Notes under the pieces: model-generated
Database searches by the model: none
What the model was told of the DNA's origin: nothing
Seen by the model: the letters and a program-made list of their open reading frames with translations, nothing else
From: an uncultured Eubacteriales bacterium
GTDB lineage: Bacteria; Acidobacteriota; Aminicenantia; Aminicenantales; Saccharicenantaceae
DNA length: 60,855 bases
Direction: 5' to 3'
Assembly: GCA_964458655.1 (NCBI GenBank)
Contig: CAYWJT010000007.1
Location: 1 to 60,855, forward strand
Translations under genes and position numbers: made by a program
In this document: one piece after another, positions 44,884-54,503 of the stretch
Layout: each line of letters starts with the position of its first letter
How positions within the stretch are numbered: the stretch's first letter is position 1

Positions 44884-46287
44884 TCAGATGGAGTCCAGGG
44901 CCTGTTTGAGGTCGGCGATGACGTCGTCCGGGTGCTCGGCTCCGACGCACAGCCTGATGAGCTGGGGCGGCACGTCGGCCATCCGCCTGGCCTCCTCGCC
45001 CTGCTGCTGGTGCGTCGAGATGGCCGGGATGGTGGCGACGCTCTTGATGCGGCCGAGGTCGGTGGCCCTGTGGATGAGCCGGAAGGCGCTGTAGACCTTG
45101 CGGGCGTTCTCCGGCGGGCCGTCGACCCGGAAGCTCATCAGGTGGCCGTAGCGGTTGACCTCATGGCCGGTGCCGTCGTCGGAGTCGACAAGCTTCATGT
45201 ATTTCTTGGCGATCGGGTGCAACTTATTGCCCTTCAGACCCAGGAAATCGACCTGGTAGACCTTCGGGTGGGTCTGGAGGAATTCGGCCACGGCCTGGCA
45301 GTTGGCGCTGACCAGGTCCATGCGGGAGCGGAGTGTCCGCAGGTCGTTCAGGGCGTACATGGCGTTGACCGGGGAAGCCGCCGGACCGTTGTCGCGGTAG
45401 GGCCAGAACTTGACGTACTCGGCGAAGCTGGCCTTGAAGTTGGGGTCGTCGTTCTTGACCCTGGTCGTGATCGGCTTGCGGCTGATCAGGGCGCCGCCTA
45501 TGGCCAGGCCGCCGGCGGTAATCGACTTGGTCAGAGAGTGGACGACGATGTCGGCGCCGTAGGCGATAGGCCGCATCAGGGCCGGCGTGGCGCAGGTGGC
45601 GTCTATGATCACCGGCACTTCCCAGGCGTGGGCCAGGTCCACGAGAGCTTTTATGTCGGTGAACGACTGCTGGGGGTTGGACGGCATCTCCATGAAGACC
45701 AAGCGGGTGTCCTCGTCGATGTTGGCCTTCCATTCCTGCGTGTCCTCCGGGTTGTGGACCCAGCGCACTTCGATGCCCCTTTCCTTCTTCTTGCGCACCG
45801 AGAAATGCTGGTAGGTGCCGCCGTAGACCCGCAACGAGGAAACGAGATTCATCCTTTCCGGCCCTTCCTTTTGCTTGACCAGGAAGGGGTCGACGGCGGC
45901 CGCGATGGCCGACATGCCCGAGGCCGTCACGAGACAGGAGGTTTCATACCCGGTCTGATAGCCTTCGAGCAGGGCCAAAGTCCACTCCAGGTAGTAGGTG
46001 GTCGGGTTGGCGATCCTGGTGTAGCACCAGGTCGGGACGAGGTAGGCCAGGGCCGCCTCGAGCTCGTCGGCGTCGGCGTAGCCCTGCGAAGCCGAAAGAT
46101 AAAGCGGCTCGATTATGGCGCCCTGGTTCCTTTTCAGGGACTCCTCGAGCGTGTAGAGGCCATGCACGGCCAGGGTGTCGAACTTCATCTTCCTGGCCCG
46201 GGCCAGGGCTTCCTCCCGCTCGGCCAGCAGGAGCTTGGCCGCTTCCACATACTTTTGAACGCCAGGGGAGAATTGCTGGGAACCCAT
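44884..46287 (-). CDS. Cys/Met metabolism PLP enzyme (O-acylhomoserine sulfhydrylase MetZ/MetY-like)
   Basis: FDTLAVHG, YTRIANPT, ASGMSAI, VYGGT, EMPSNP, IDAT, VHSLTK PLP-lysine, IRLCVGAE. Confidence 0.85.
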   Translation of the reverse strand: MGSQQFSPGVQKYVEAAKLLLAEREEALARARKMKFDTLAVHGLYTLEESLKRNQGAIIEPLYLSASQGYADADELEAALAYLVPTWCYTRIANPTTYYLEWTLALLEGYQTGYETSCLVTASGMSAIAAAVDPFLVKQKEGPERMNLVSSLRVYGGTYQHFSVRKKKERGIEVRWVHNPEDTQEWKANIDEDTRLVFMEMPSNPQQSFTDIKALVDLAHAWEVPVIIDATCATPALMRPIAYGADIVVHSLTKSITAGGLAIGGALISRKPITTRVKNDDPNFKASFAEYVKFWPYRDNGPAASPVNAMYALNDLRTLRSRMDLVSANCQAVAEFLQTHPKVYQVDFLGLKGNKLHPIAKKYMKLVDSDDGTGHEVNRYGHLMSFRVDGPPENARKVYSAFRLIHRATDLGRIKSVATIPAISTHQQQGEEARRMADVPPQLIRLCVGAEHPDDVIADLKQALDSI

Positions 46288-46743
46288 GATGCCTCCGTTA
46301 CCTATGCTTCGGGGTTGAAAGGCCTGCCGCGCCGTCCGGCGGGAGTTTACAATCCCGGCTTTTCCGGCGGGAAAAGCGAGGCTTGTCGTGTTTCACGATA
46401 CAGGCATAGCTTAAGGGGAAAAAGGGGCGAAAGTCAAGGAAACAGGGGCTTTATGCCGGGATCGCTGTTTCCGGTGCGGCGTTGATTTGTGATGGGGTCC
46501 TCTCACGGCTCGTCCCCGTCCGTCCTCGCTCCACCCATCCCCCGTGGGGAACCCCTTCCGCTGCGGGCGTTGCGGGGACCGGAGCCGCGCCACCCCTCGC
46601 CTTGCCCTGCGCGTTTTCACCGGACCGGAATGCCTCCGGCCGCTATGATGAGAAGTGGGTATGGATTGAGAAGACAAGCGGGCGGGCAGCGGCTGCATGC
46701 CGATTGCCGCCGGTCGGCGCCCTGGCGCCCGTTCAGGGCGTCC

Positions 46744-47811
46744 TCAGAGCACCTGGGTCCGTGTCTTCTTAAGGCGGCGGTGGATGGCCAGCATGTCGGA
46801 CAGGATGGAAAAGCCGGTTTCCGTCTTCCCGGCCCCGGCGCCCTGGATGGTGACCTTGCCCATGAGGTCGGTAACGAGGCTCAGGGCGTTCTGGGCGCCC
46901 ATGACCCCCGCCAGCGGGTCGGAAAGCGGCAGTTTCCTAGGCGCGACGGAAGCCTTGACCGCGCCCCCCTCTTTTTTGGCTTGGGCGATGAGCTTGAAGC
47001 GGAAACCTTCCTGCCTGGCCCGGACGACATCGTCCCTGGTGATGGAAGTGATGCCTTGCCTGGCCACGTCCTGGGTCTTCAGGGAGGCGCCGAGGAGCAC
47101 GTTGGCCAGGATGACGATCTTGGCCAGGGCGTCGTAGCCCTCGACATCGGCCGTCGGGTCGGCCTCGGCGTAACCGAGCTTCTGGGCGAGCGTCAGAGCC
47201 TCGCCGTATTCCATTCCTTCGGTTTCCATCTTGGTCAGGATGAAGTTGGTCGTGCCGTTCAGGATGCCCAAAACCTCGCTGATCTCGTTCCCGGCAAGCC
47301 CGCATTCGGCCAGGTGGAAGACGGGCGTGCCGCTCATGACCGTTCCCTCGAACCTGAACTGGAGGTCGTTGGAATAGGCGAGTTCCTTGATCTCGCGGTA
47401 ATGAAGGGCGGCCGGGCCCTTGTTGGAGGTGACGACGTGCTTGCCGTGCCGCAGGGCCTTCTTGATGTAGCTTGTGGCCGGCTCGCCGGTCTTGATGTCA
47501 GTGTAGGTGAGCTCGGCTATTATGTCGGCGCTGGTGCGCTCGAGGACGTCGAGCGGGTCGATGTGCCCGGTCACGACCCCTGGGCCTTTGGGATAGTCCG
47601 TGAGACTGCCGCCCGCGGCCAGTATCTCGAGCACTTTGCCGATATCTATCCCGTCCTCGGCCAGGACCGTGCCCTTGAGCTTGTCTGTTACGGCGACGAC
47701 CCGGGCCTCGAAGCCGTGCCTGTCCCGAAGGAAAGCCCGCTTCCGCGCCAGGATGTCGAGCAGTCCCTGGCCGACGGTGCCGCAGCCGATAAGTCCGATC
47801 CTGTATTCCAT
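46744..47811 (-). CDS. hom: Homoserine dehydrogenase (no ACT domain)
   Basis: IGCGTVG, HVVTSNK, FEGTVMSGTP, GILNGTTNFIL, GYAEADPTADVEGYDALAK, GAG. Confidence 0.93.
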   Translation of the reverse strand: MEYRIGLIGCGTVGQGLLDILARKRAFLRDRHGFEARVVAVTDKLKGTVLAEDGIDIGKVLEILAAGGSLTDYPKGPGVVTGHIDPLDVLERTSADIIAELTYTDIKTGEPATSYIKKALRHGKHVVTSNKGPAALHYREIKELAYSNDLQFRFEGTVMSGTPVFHLAECGLAGNEISEVLGILNGTTNFILTKMETEGMEYGEALTLAQKLGYAEADPTADVEGYDALAKIVILANVLLGASLKTQDVARQGITSITRDDVVRARQEGFRFKLIAQAKKEGGAVKASVAPRKLPLSDPLAGVMGAQNALSLVTDLMGKVTIQGAGAGKTETGFSILSDMLAIHRRLKKTRTQVL

Positions 47812-48169
47812 TTTAGAACCTCCCCCTGAGCTTAGGTTGAGGCCCTAAATATAGCACAGCCGGCCTGCGGAAAAAAGCGCCGTTAACGCGCTCGATCCGG
47901 CCGAGTGGCGCGTCCCCCGGACCGTTCACGGGTGACGTTAGAGCGGCACCCCTTTCGACTTTCCAGCGTCCGGGTTCGATGCGTGCTGTAAGAGACAGCG
48001 AAAAAGCGGGGCTGCCGGGACTATGGATATTACCGCCGGTTCCCGGACCCCCGGCGGCCGGAGGGTCGCCCGCCGCAAGCAGCGTATGCATCTTTATCTG
48101 CGTGAACCGTCAGGCACGACGACCTTCGCCGCCTTTCCCGGCGATACGGAATGCGTAGGAGAATAGGAG

Positions 48170-48207
48170 AAAAAAGAGGGCCGCCCGCCTCGGGCGGACG
48201 GCCCTCC
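48170..48207 (-). terminator. Rho-independent terminator of citrate synthase
   Basis: Minus strand ggagggccgtccgccc-gagg-cgggcggccctc-ttttt. Confidence 0.75.
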
Positions 48208-48238
48208 GAGAATTCCGCTTGCGAGAAGCCTCAGTCGC

Positions 48239-49558
48239 TCACTTCGGCTGGGCGCTCTGCTTGACCTGGCTTTCGAGCCACTCGGTCGTGACCGACTTCG
48301 GCCGCTCGATGGGCAGGCCGAGGGCGCGGTCCCAAACGAGCTGGGACAGGATCCCGATGGCCCTGGAGACGCCGAAGAACACGGTGTAGAAGTCGTACTC
48401 GCTGATGCCGTAGTAGTAGAGGAGGACGCCGGAGTGGGCGTCGACGTTCGGCCAGGGGTTCTTGGCCTTGCCGTGCTTGGTCAGGACGTCAGGAGCGACC
48501 TCGTAGACCAGGCTGACGACCTTGAACAGGTCGTAATCGGGCAGGTGCTTGAGGGCGAATTCGCGCTGCGCGATGTAGCGGGGGTCGGTCTTCCTGAGGA
48601 CGGCGTGCCCGTAGCCGGGGATGACCTGGCCGCTGTTGAGCGTGTCCCACATGTACTTTTCGAGCTGCTCTTTGGTCGGAACGCCGCCCAGGTCCTTCAT
48701 GAGGTCCATGATCCAGCGCAGGACTTCCTGGTTGGCCAGCCCGTGCAGCGGCCCGGCCAGTCCGTCCATGGCGGCGGAGAGGGAGTAGTAGGCGTCGGAG
48801 AGGGCCGAGCCGACCAGCCGGCAGGTATGGGCGGACACGTTGCCGCCTTCATGATCGCTGTGGATGACGAGGTAGAGCCTCATCAGCTCCTTGAAGGCCG
48901 GGTCGTCGCTCACGCCGAGCATATGGGCCAGGTTGGCGCCCCAGTCGAGCTTGGGGTCGGCCGGGATGTGCTTGTCTCCCCTGTACATGCGGCGGTAGAT
49001 GTAGGCCGCGATGTTCGGGAGCTTGGCCAGTATGTCCATCGTGTCTTCGAACATGGCGTCCCAGTACTCGGACTTGGGCATGCCTTCGCGATAACGGCGG
49101 GCGAAGACGGAGTCCTTCTGGAGCTGGAGGATGGCCAGAGAGAACTGGGTCATCGGATGCGTGTCCGCCGGGACGGCGTTCATCATCTTGATGAGATACT
49201 CAGGCAAGGCGCTGCGCTTGCGCCATTCCTCGGTGATGGCCTTGCAGTCCTCGTAAGTGGGGATCTCGCCGAGCAAGAGCAGGTAGAAGATGGCCTCGGG
49301 CAGGGGCTCGGTGCCGCCGGGGGCCTTGGGCAGCTTTTCCCTGAGCTCGGGGATGCTGAAGCCGCGGAAGCGGATGCCTTCGATGGGGTCGAGGGCTGAG
49401 CAGTCCCAGAGCATGTACTTGATGCCGCGGCCGCCGCCGATGACCTGGCCGACGGTGGCGTCGGAGATCTTGACCTCTCCGAATTCCTTGTTGAGCTTCT
49501 GGACCCGTTCCTTCATCGGGCCCATTTTTGCGGCAAACTTCTCCTTTAGCGTAGCCAT
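48239..49558 (-). CDS. gltA: Citrate (Si)-synthase, eukaryote-like type
   Basis: LDPIEGIRFRG, EPLPEAIFYLLLLGEIPT, HSDHEGGNVSAH, GLAGPLHGLANQEV, VIPGYGHAVLRKTDPRY, WPNVDAHSG, IERPKS. Confidence 0.93.
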   Translation of the reverse strand: MATLKEKFAAKMGPMKERVQKLNKEFGEVKISDATVGQVIGGGRGIKYMLWDCSALDPIEGIRFRGFSIPELREKLPKAPGGTEPLPEAIFYLLLLGEIPTYEDCKAITEEWRKRSALPEYLIKMMNAVPADTHPMTQFSLAILQLQKDSVFARRYREGMPKSEYWDAMFEDTMDILAKLPNIAAYIYRRMYRGDKHIPADPKLDWGANLAHMLGVSDDPAFKELMRLYLVIHSDHEGGNVSAHTCRLVGSALSDAYYSLSAAMDGLAGPLHGLANQEVLRWIMDLMKDLGGVPTKEQLEKYMWDTLNSGQVIPGYGHAVLRKTDPRYIAQREFALKHLPDYDLFKVVSLVYEVAPDVLTKHGKAKNPWPNVDAHSGVLLYYYGISEYDFYTVFFGVSRAIGILSQLVWDRALGLPIERPKSVTTEWLESQVKQSAQPK

Positions 49559-49691
49559 TCGGGTAAAACCTCCTCGGAATTTATTATCACCTCGCTACGG
49601 AGGGGAAAGTATGATAACACGGCCTTTTCAGGGCTGTCAATCGAAATCGGGCTCTATGACGAATAGCGTGGTAGGCTTGGACTGATTAATG

Positions 49692-49762
49692 GGGGAAAAC
49701 GCGGGACAGGTACCGACCTGCGGCGGTTGGTATATAGTCGGTACCTGTCCCCGGTTTTCCCC
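49692..49762. repeat. REP-like palindrome with GGGACAGG core
   Basis: gggacaggtaccgac (49703-49717) / gtcggtacctgtccc (49737-49751) 15-bp perfect IR nested in ggggaaaac/gttttcccc. Confidence 0.75.
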
Positions 49763-49909
49763 TTTCACACTTTTCGTCATAGAGCCTCGAAATCGGAACC
49801 GGGGCTGACAGGACTGGGGCGGAACGGTCAAGCCCTTGATTTTGCGGCCGATTGCCCGTATCCTTGTAGGCGAAGACTGAGGAAAGGCAAACCGCCAAAG
49901 GAGAACCGA

Positions 49910-50464
49910 ATGGAAGCTCTACTTCTGTTACTCATCATCGTCGGCGTCGTCGTGGTCGTTTTCATCGGCATCTACAACAGCCTGGTGACGCTGCGCAACC
50001 GTTGCGACAACGCCTGGTCGCAGGTGGACGTCCAGCTGCGCCGCCGCTACGACCTCATCCCCAACCTGGTCGAGACCGTCAAGGGCTACGCCAAGCACGA
50101 GCGGGAAGTGTTCGAGAAGGTCACCCAGGCCCGGGCGGCGGCCGCCGGCGCCCAGGGCGTCCGGGAGCAGGCCCAGGCCGACAACATGCTGACGGGCGCG
50201 CTGAAGACCCTCTTCGCCGTGGCCGAGAACTACCCCGAGCTCAAGGCCAACCAGAACTTCCTCATGCTCCAGGAGGAACTGGCCGGGACCGAGAGCAAGG
50301 TCGCCTACGCCCGGCAGTTCTACAACGACACGGTCATGAAGTTCAACATGAAGCAGCAGGTCTTCCCCTCGAACATCGTGGCCGGCATGTTCGGCTTCAA
50401 GCCCAAGGATTACTTCCAGATCGAAGAGGAAGTCGCCCGCGGGCCGGTCAAGGTCAGCTTCTGA
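49910..50464 (+). CDS. lemA: LemA family protein
   Basis: N-terminal [52 protein letters not shown]. Confidence 0.94.
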   Translation: MEALLLLLIIVGVVVVVFIGIYNSLVTLRNRCDNAWSQVDVQLRRRYDLIPNLVETVKGYAKHEREVFEKVTQARAAAAGAQGVREQAQADNMLTGALKTLFAVAENYPELKANQNFLMLQEELAGTESKVAYARQFYNDTVMKFNMKQQVFPSNIVAGMFGFKPKDYFQIEEEVARGPVKVSF

Positions 50465-50537
50465 GCGGTGACCGGAGCGGCGGCCGGGGCCTTCGCGCCG
50501 CGGCGCTCGGCCGTTGTCGTCATTTCTGGGGCCCAGG

Positions 50538-51437
50538 ATGTATGAACAGATAACGCGGAACAAGTGGAAGTCTTTCTTCCTTGTCGTCTTTTTTATCGCC
50601 TTCATCTTCCTGCTGACCTGGGTCTTCGAGGAAGTGACCGGCTGGGGCAAGGGCGGGCTGGTGCTGGCGGTCGTCGTCTCCATGACCATGGCCGCCGGGG
50701 CTTATTATTCCAGCGACAAGATCGTTCTGGCCATATCGCGGGCCCGGCCCGTCACCAAAGAGGAATTCCCCTACCTCTATAACGTCGTCGAGGGGCTGGC
50801 CATCGCCGCCGGCATCCCGGCGCCGCGCTGCTACGTCATCGACGACACGGCGCCCAACGCTTTCGCCACCGGCCGCAACCCGGAGAATTCGGTGATCTGC
50901 GTCACGACCGGCCTGCTCGAGAAGATGAACAGGGTGGAGCTCGAGGGCGTCGTCGCCCACGAGATGTCCCACGTCAAGAACTACGACGTTCGGCTCCAGA
51001 CCGTGGCCGTGGTCATGGCCGGCGTCGTGGCGCTGCTCAGCGACTGGATCCTGAGGAGCTTCCTCTGGGGCGGCGGCCGGCGACGGGGCAGGAGCGGCGG
51101 AGGCGGCAGCGGGGCCGCCGGAGGCGTCCTGGTGCTCGTCGGTCTGGTGCTGGCCCTGGTCTCGCCGCTCATCGCCCAGCTCATACGCCTGGCCATCTCG
51201 CGCAAGCGGGAGTTCCTGGCCGACGCCAGCGCCGCCATGCTGACCCGCTACCCGGCCGGCCTGGCCTCGGCCCTGCGCAAGATCGCCGACGACAAGGAGC
51301 CGCTCGAGGCCGCCAACAAGGCCACGGCCCATCTCTATATAGTCAACCCGCTCAAGAACGTCCAGGGCGCTTTCAACAGGCTGTTCAGCACCCACCCGCC
51401 GATCGAGGAGAGGATAGCCGCGCTCGAGAGGATGTGA
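50538..51437 (+). CDS. htpX: Zinc metalloprotease HtpX (M48)
   Basis: PNAFATG, ELEGVVAHEMSH (HExxH), SRKREFLADA, STHPP...RI. Confidence 0.93.
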   Translation: MYEQITRNKWKSFFLVVFFIAFIFLLTWVFEEVTGWGKGGLVLAVVVSMTMAAGAYYSSDKIVLAISRARPVTKEEFPYLYNVVEGLAIAAGIPAPRCYVIDDTAPNAFATGRNPENSVICVTTGLLEKMNRVELEGVVAHEMSHVKNYDVRLQTVAVVMAGVVALLSDWILRSFLWGGGRRRGRSGGGGSGAAGGVLVLVGLVLALVSPLIAQLIRLAISRKREFLADASAAMLTRYPAGLASALRKIADDKEPLEAANKATAHLYIVNPLKNVQGAFNRLFSTHPPIEERIAALERM

Positions 51438-51468
51438 TGTCCGTCAAACTGAGCCGAAAGGACCAGGG

Positions 51469-52404
51469 ATGCCTGCCGACCAGCCCAGCCTGACGGACGC
51501 CGGACCTTCGATCACCCTGGCGCGGAATAAACGGCTGCTGAGGGCCGCGCTCGGGATAACGGCCTTCATGATGCTGGCCGAAGCGGCCGGCGGAATCTTG
51601 AGCGGCAGCCTGGCCCTTCTCGCCGACGCCGGCCACATGCTCACGGACGTCGCCGGCCTCGGCCTCAGCCTCATCGCCTTTCATTTCAGCTCGCTTCCCC
51701 GGACTCCCGCGCACACCTTCGGCTGGCGCCGCTTCGAGATCTTCGCCGCCTTGTTGAACGGCCTCGCACTCTGGGCCATCGCCGGAGCGGTCGGCTATCA
51801 GGCGGTTGTCAGGCTGCGCTCGCCTCAGGAGATAAAGAGCGGCATGATGATGGTCATCGCTGGCCTGGGCCTGCTCTCCAACGTCGCGGCGGGCGCCGTA
51901 CTCCTCCACGGAGAAAGGAGGAACCTGAACATAAAGGGTGCGCTGCTTCATATAGCGGCCGACGCGCTCGGGAGCGTCGGGGTCCTGGCCGCCGCCGTGC
52001 TCATCAAGCTCACCGGCTCGACGGCCTGGGACCCTATAGTGAGCATCGGCGTGTGCGTGTTGATCCTGCTGAGCGCCGGCCGCCTGATCCGGGACTCGGT
52101 CCACGTGTTCATGGAAGGCGCGCCCGCGGGCACGGATGTGGAAGGGATCCAAAGAGCGCTGAACGCGGTCCCCGGCGTCGTCGACGTCCACGACCTGCAC
52201 GTCTGGACCATCACTTCCGGGTTTGTCTCGCTCAGCGCCCATCTGAAGGTCGCAGCCGGAGAGGACGTCGGGCGAGTCCTCCGAGAAGCCCACGAGGCCG
52301 CCTCCCGGCATTTCAACATCGTCCACACCACCTTCCAGCTGGAGGAGGCCGAAGCGCCGGGCTGCGAGACGGGCTCCTGCCCGGAGAACGCAAAGCCCTG
52401 TTAG
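51469..52404 (+). CDS. Cation diffusion facilitator (CzcD/ZitB-like)
   Basis: SLALLADAGHMLTD, TFGWRRFE, LHIAAD, DLHVWTITSG, HTTFQLE. Confidence 0.9.
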   Translation: MPADQPSLTDAGPSITLARNKRLLRAALGITAFMMLAEAAGGILSGSLALLADAGHMLTDVAGLGLSLIAFHFSSLPRTPAHTFGWRRFEIFAALLNGLALWAIAGAVGYQAVVRLRSPQEIKSGMMMVIAGLGLLSNVAAGAVLLHGERRNLNIKGALLHIAADALGSVGVLAAAVLIKLTGSTAWDPIVSIGVCVLILLSAGRLIRDSVHVFMEGAPAGTDVEGIQRALNAVPGVVDVHDLHVWTITSGFVSLSAHLKVAAGEDVGRVLREAHEAASRHFNIVHTTFQLEEAEAPGCETGSCPENAKPC

Positions 52405-52461
52405 CCGGCCTTGCCGCCCGTCTTTTTGTTGCCGGGAGAGAGGCGACCCCGCCTTTCTTTA

Positions 52462-53040
52462 TCAATACTGCATGGCCTGCAAGGTGGCGGCGACGAAGCG
52501 ATAGGCGGTTAGCTGCTTGTCGTCCAGCCGTGCCTTTTGACCGGTCATGAGGACCGAGAAGCAATACCAGTATTTCGAACCGGGGTTTATGTAGGTGATG
52601 TAGTCGTAGAATTCGCCTTCCACGAAGACCAGTTTGGCGAAACACCGGTACAACATATTGCCCACGTTCAGGCCCTCATACTGGACCTGAGGGGATTTTT
52701 TCCGGTATTCTTCCAGGTCATGTTCCAGGTCCGCCGCGGTGTTTTCATCCGCTTTTCTGTTCAGCCGGACCCGTATGATAGGGTTCGTGGATTTCCAGCC
52801 GGCCCCCCTGGGGTAGAAAATGAGGTCGGCGTGATAATAAGGGGCATGGCGGGTGTCGCCCTGCCAGCCTTCGGGAATGCAAACCCCGAACTGGAAATTC
52901 CTGCCCGTGATGATGATGACCTCCGGTTTCTTTCTTTGGGCCGGAGAAACGGCGGCCAGACCCGTTGAAAGAGCTGCGGTCATCAGGGCCGAATATCCCA
53001 AGGTCCTTGTCAGTCTCTTGCCCAGGCAACAGTTCATCAC
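52462..53040 (-). CDS. Hypothetical exported protein
   Basis: Signal-like N-terminus; ggagg RBS; globular domain with PEGW motif (PsbP/DcrB-like fold is a guess). Confidence 0.6.
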   Translation of the reverse strand: MMNCCLGKRLTRTLGYSALMTAALSTGLAAVSPAQRKKPEVIIITGRNFQFGVCIPEGWQGDTRHAPYYHADLIFYPRGAGWKSTNPIIRVRLNRKADENTAADLEHDLEEYRKKSPQVQYEGLNVGNMLYRCFAKLVFVEGEFYDYITYINPGSKYWYCFSVLMTGQKARLDDKQLTAYRFVAATLQAMQY

Positions 53041-53344
53041 TTGCCTCCCAGCCGGTCATTGCGCCCTCTTGATGCGCCAAGCATGAACTTGCTCTCCGCC
53101 CCTGCTAGGTCAGGCGACCCCTCATAAAACCGGCGCTGGGGCCTGGCCCGCCCGACATAGAAGCCTACGCCCTGATCCTGTTGTCCGGGATTATAAGCCG
53201 CTCGTTTTTCGCTGTCAATTCCGCGTTCATCATAGGCGCCGGAGGGCGCCGGGACGCCGGCGGCTCTCCTGCTTGAAAGGATGCGGCGCCCCGGTCAGGA
53301 TGCGGGCTCTCGAGGCGCCGGCCGACGCAGCCGGCCCGTACATG

Positions 53345-53373
53345 TTGAATTGAGCGCCGGGAATATCTATAAT
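53345..53373 (+). promoter_or_regulatory. Sigma70 promoter of tRNA-Asp
   Basis: TTGAAT-17 nt-TATAAT. Confidence 0.65.
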
Positions 53374-53389
53374 AATCGAGCCCGAACGC

Positions 53390-53466
53390 GGGGTCGTAGT
53401 TCAGCTGGTTAGAACGCCGGCCTGTCACGCCGGAGGTCGCGAGTTCGAGTCTCGTCGGCCCCGCCA
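53390..53466 (+). tRNA. tRNA-Asp (GTC), CCA encoded
   Basis: GGGGTCG/CGGCCCC acceptor, ccggc-ctGTCac-gccgg anticodon arm, GTTCGAGTC T-loop, GCCA end. Confidence 0.97.
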
Positions 53467-53711
53467 CCTTTATTCCCTGATTTTCCCCATCTGAGTCAGC
53501 GTTTTCCATTGTTTTTTGTTTAATCCCCAGTAGGCCAAGCTAAGCGAGTTTTAGCAAAATCTGTTACACCGACGTTATACAGCGAGAAGTCTGAATCATC
53601 GGCAGGATACTGGAAAAGGAGCTCTTCGTCTCGATTTCCATAAGGCATGAATTGACTTCGCAAGCGCGAAAGAAAGGGGATGCGAACTGAAGATTCGCGG
53701 CTCAGGGGGTA

Positions 53712-54503
53712 CTAGCCCCTTTTTAAGGAGGGATAAAAAACACCCAAAACGGTAAAAACGTCTTGAAATCTATGCAAGTTGCCTACGTATAAATAAACAT
53801 CTTTTGTAGTACTATCGACCATCATCATCCAGCGCTCCTTAATCTTACTCAGCAGTTCTCGTTCGTCTCGGTACTTCCCTCTCCATTTACGATAGGATTG
53901 GTGTATTTCCCAGTCTATTATGGAGAGCTTATGTCCCCCACAATCGGGTTCTGAGATGCATCTGAACTGGTAATAGAATTGGAATGGAATCTCTTCAACT
54001 GGCTCCTTTGGCCTGTCAAAGAGGCCGGGGCGAGCATAGGCCCTTTTTCTCTTATCCGAATCCTTAATCTGCCGCTTCTCTATCAGAAATGAGACGCCCT
54101 CAGGTTTAATGAGAGCCAAAGAAGTTTTGTGCTGTTTTTCTTCTTTGATAACTTGACACATGGACTTGACTGAGAGCTTCTGGATAATTGTCCTTCTTCT
54201 GTCCCAACCATCTTTGCGTGTGTCAATTTGCTCAATTATCCTGATTGAGTCAGGCTGAATACGAAAACTTTCCGGCCGCAAATCGTCCGTGGCCTTTGCA
54301 CAGTTCGCTTCAATCAGGCTATATTTCTTGAATCTCTTGTCGTTCTCAAGGTCCCTGAAAGGTATCGGATAAAGTCTGACCCAACTTCCCGTGGCGATAT
54401 CGACCCCGGCACAGCAAACAGTTTCTCCATAGTTGTAGCTGGGATTTGGATATGCTTTGACGGTAACGAAAATCTTCTTTGGTCGAAAATCTAGCCTTTT
54501 CAA
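53712..54503 (-). CDS. Conserved hypothetical protein with KAYP...ETVCCAG...WVRLYP motif (possible dual-OB nucleic-acid-binding protein)
   Basis: Open 263-codon frame from a TTG that overlaps the DUF488 stop (ATTTGA); AT-rich codon usage distinct from the host. Confidence 0.7.
   Translation of the reverse strand: MKRLDFRPKKIFVTVKAYPNPSYNYGETVCCAGVDIATGSWVRLYPIPFRDLENDKRFKKYSLIEANCAKATDDLRPESFRIQPDSIRIIEQIDTRKDGWDRRRTIIQKLSVKSMCQVIKEEKQHKTSLALIKPEGVSFLIEKRQIKDSDKRKRAYARPGLFDRPKEPVEEIPFQFYYQFRCISEPDCGGHKLSIIDWEIHQSYRKWRGKYRDERELLSKIKERWMMMVDSTTKDVYLYVGNLHRFQDVFTVLGVFYPSLKRG

Noticed and set aside
46290-46480. SAM riboswitch upstream of the MetZ-like gene
   Set aside because: Small hairpins are present, but the SAM-I/II core motifs (AUC..GAG, GCAACC, GGUGC, GAU) are not found.
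47880-48120. TPP, cobalamin or lysine riboswitch upstream of hom
   Set aside because: Only fragments match (ggggtgc...acccgtgaac; gggaaccgg...gccccgc); essential elements such as CUGAGA are missing. An Rfam scan would settle it.
49870-49905. c-di-GMP-I riboswitch upstream of lemA (ggcaaacc)
   Set aside because: The second stem (GACGCAAAG) is absent.
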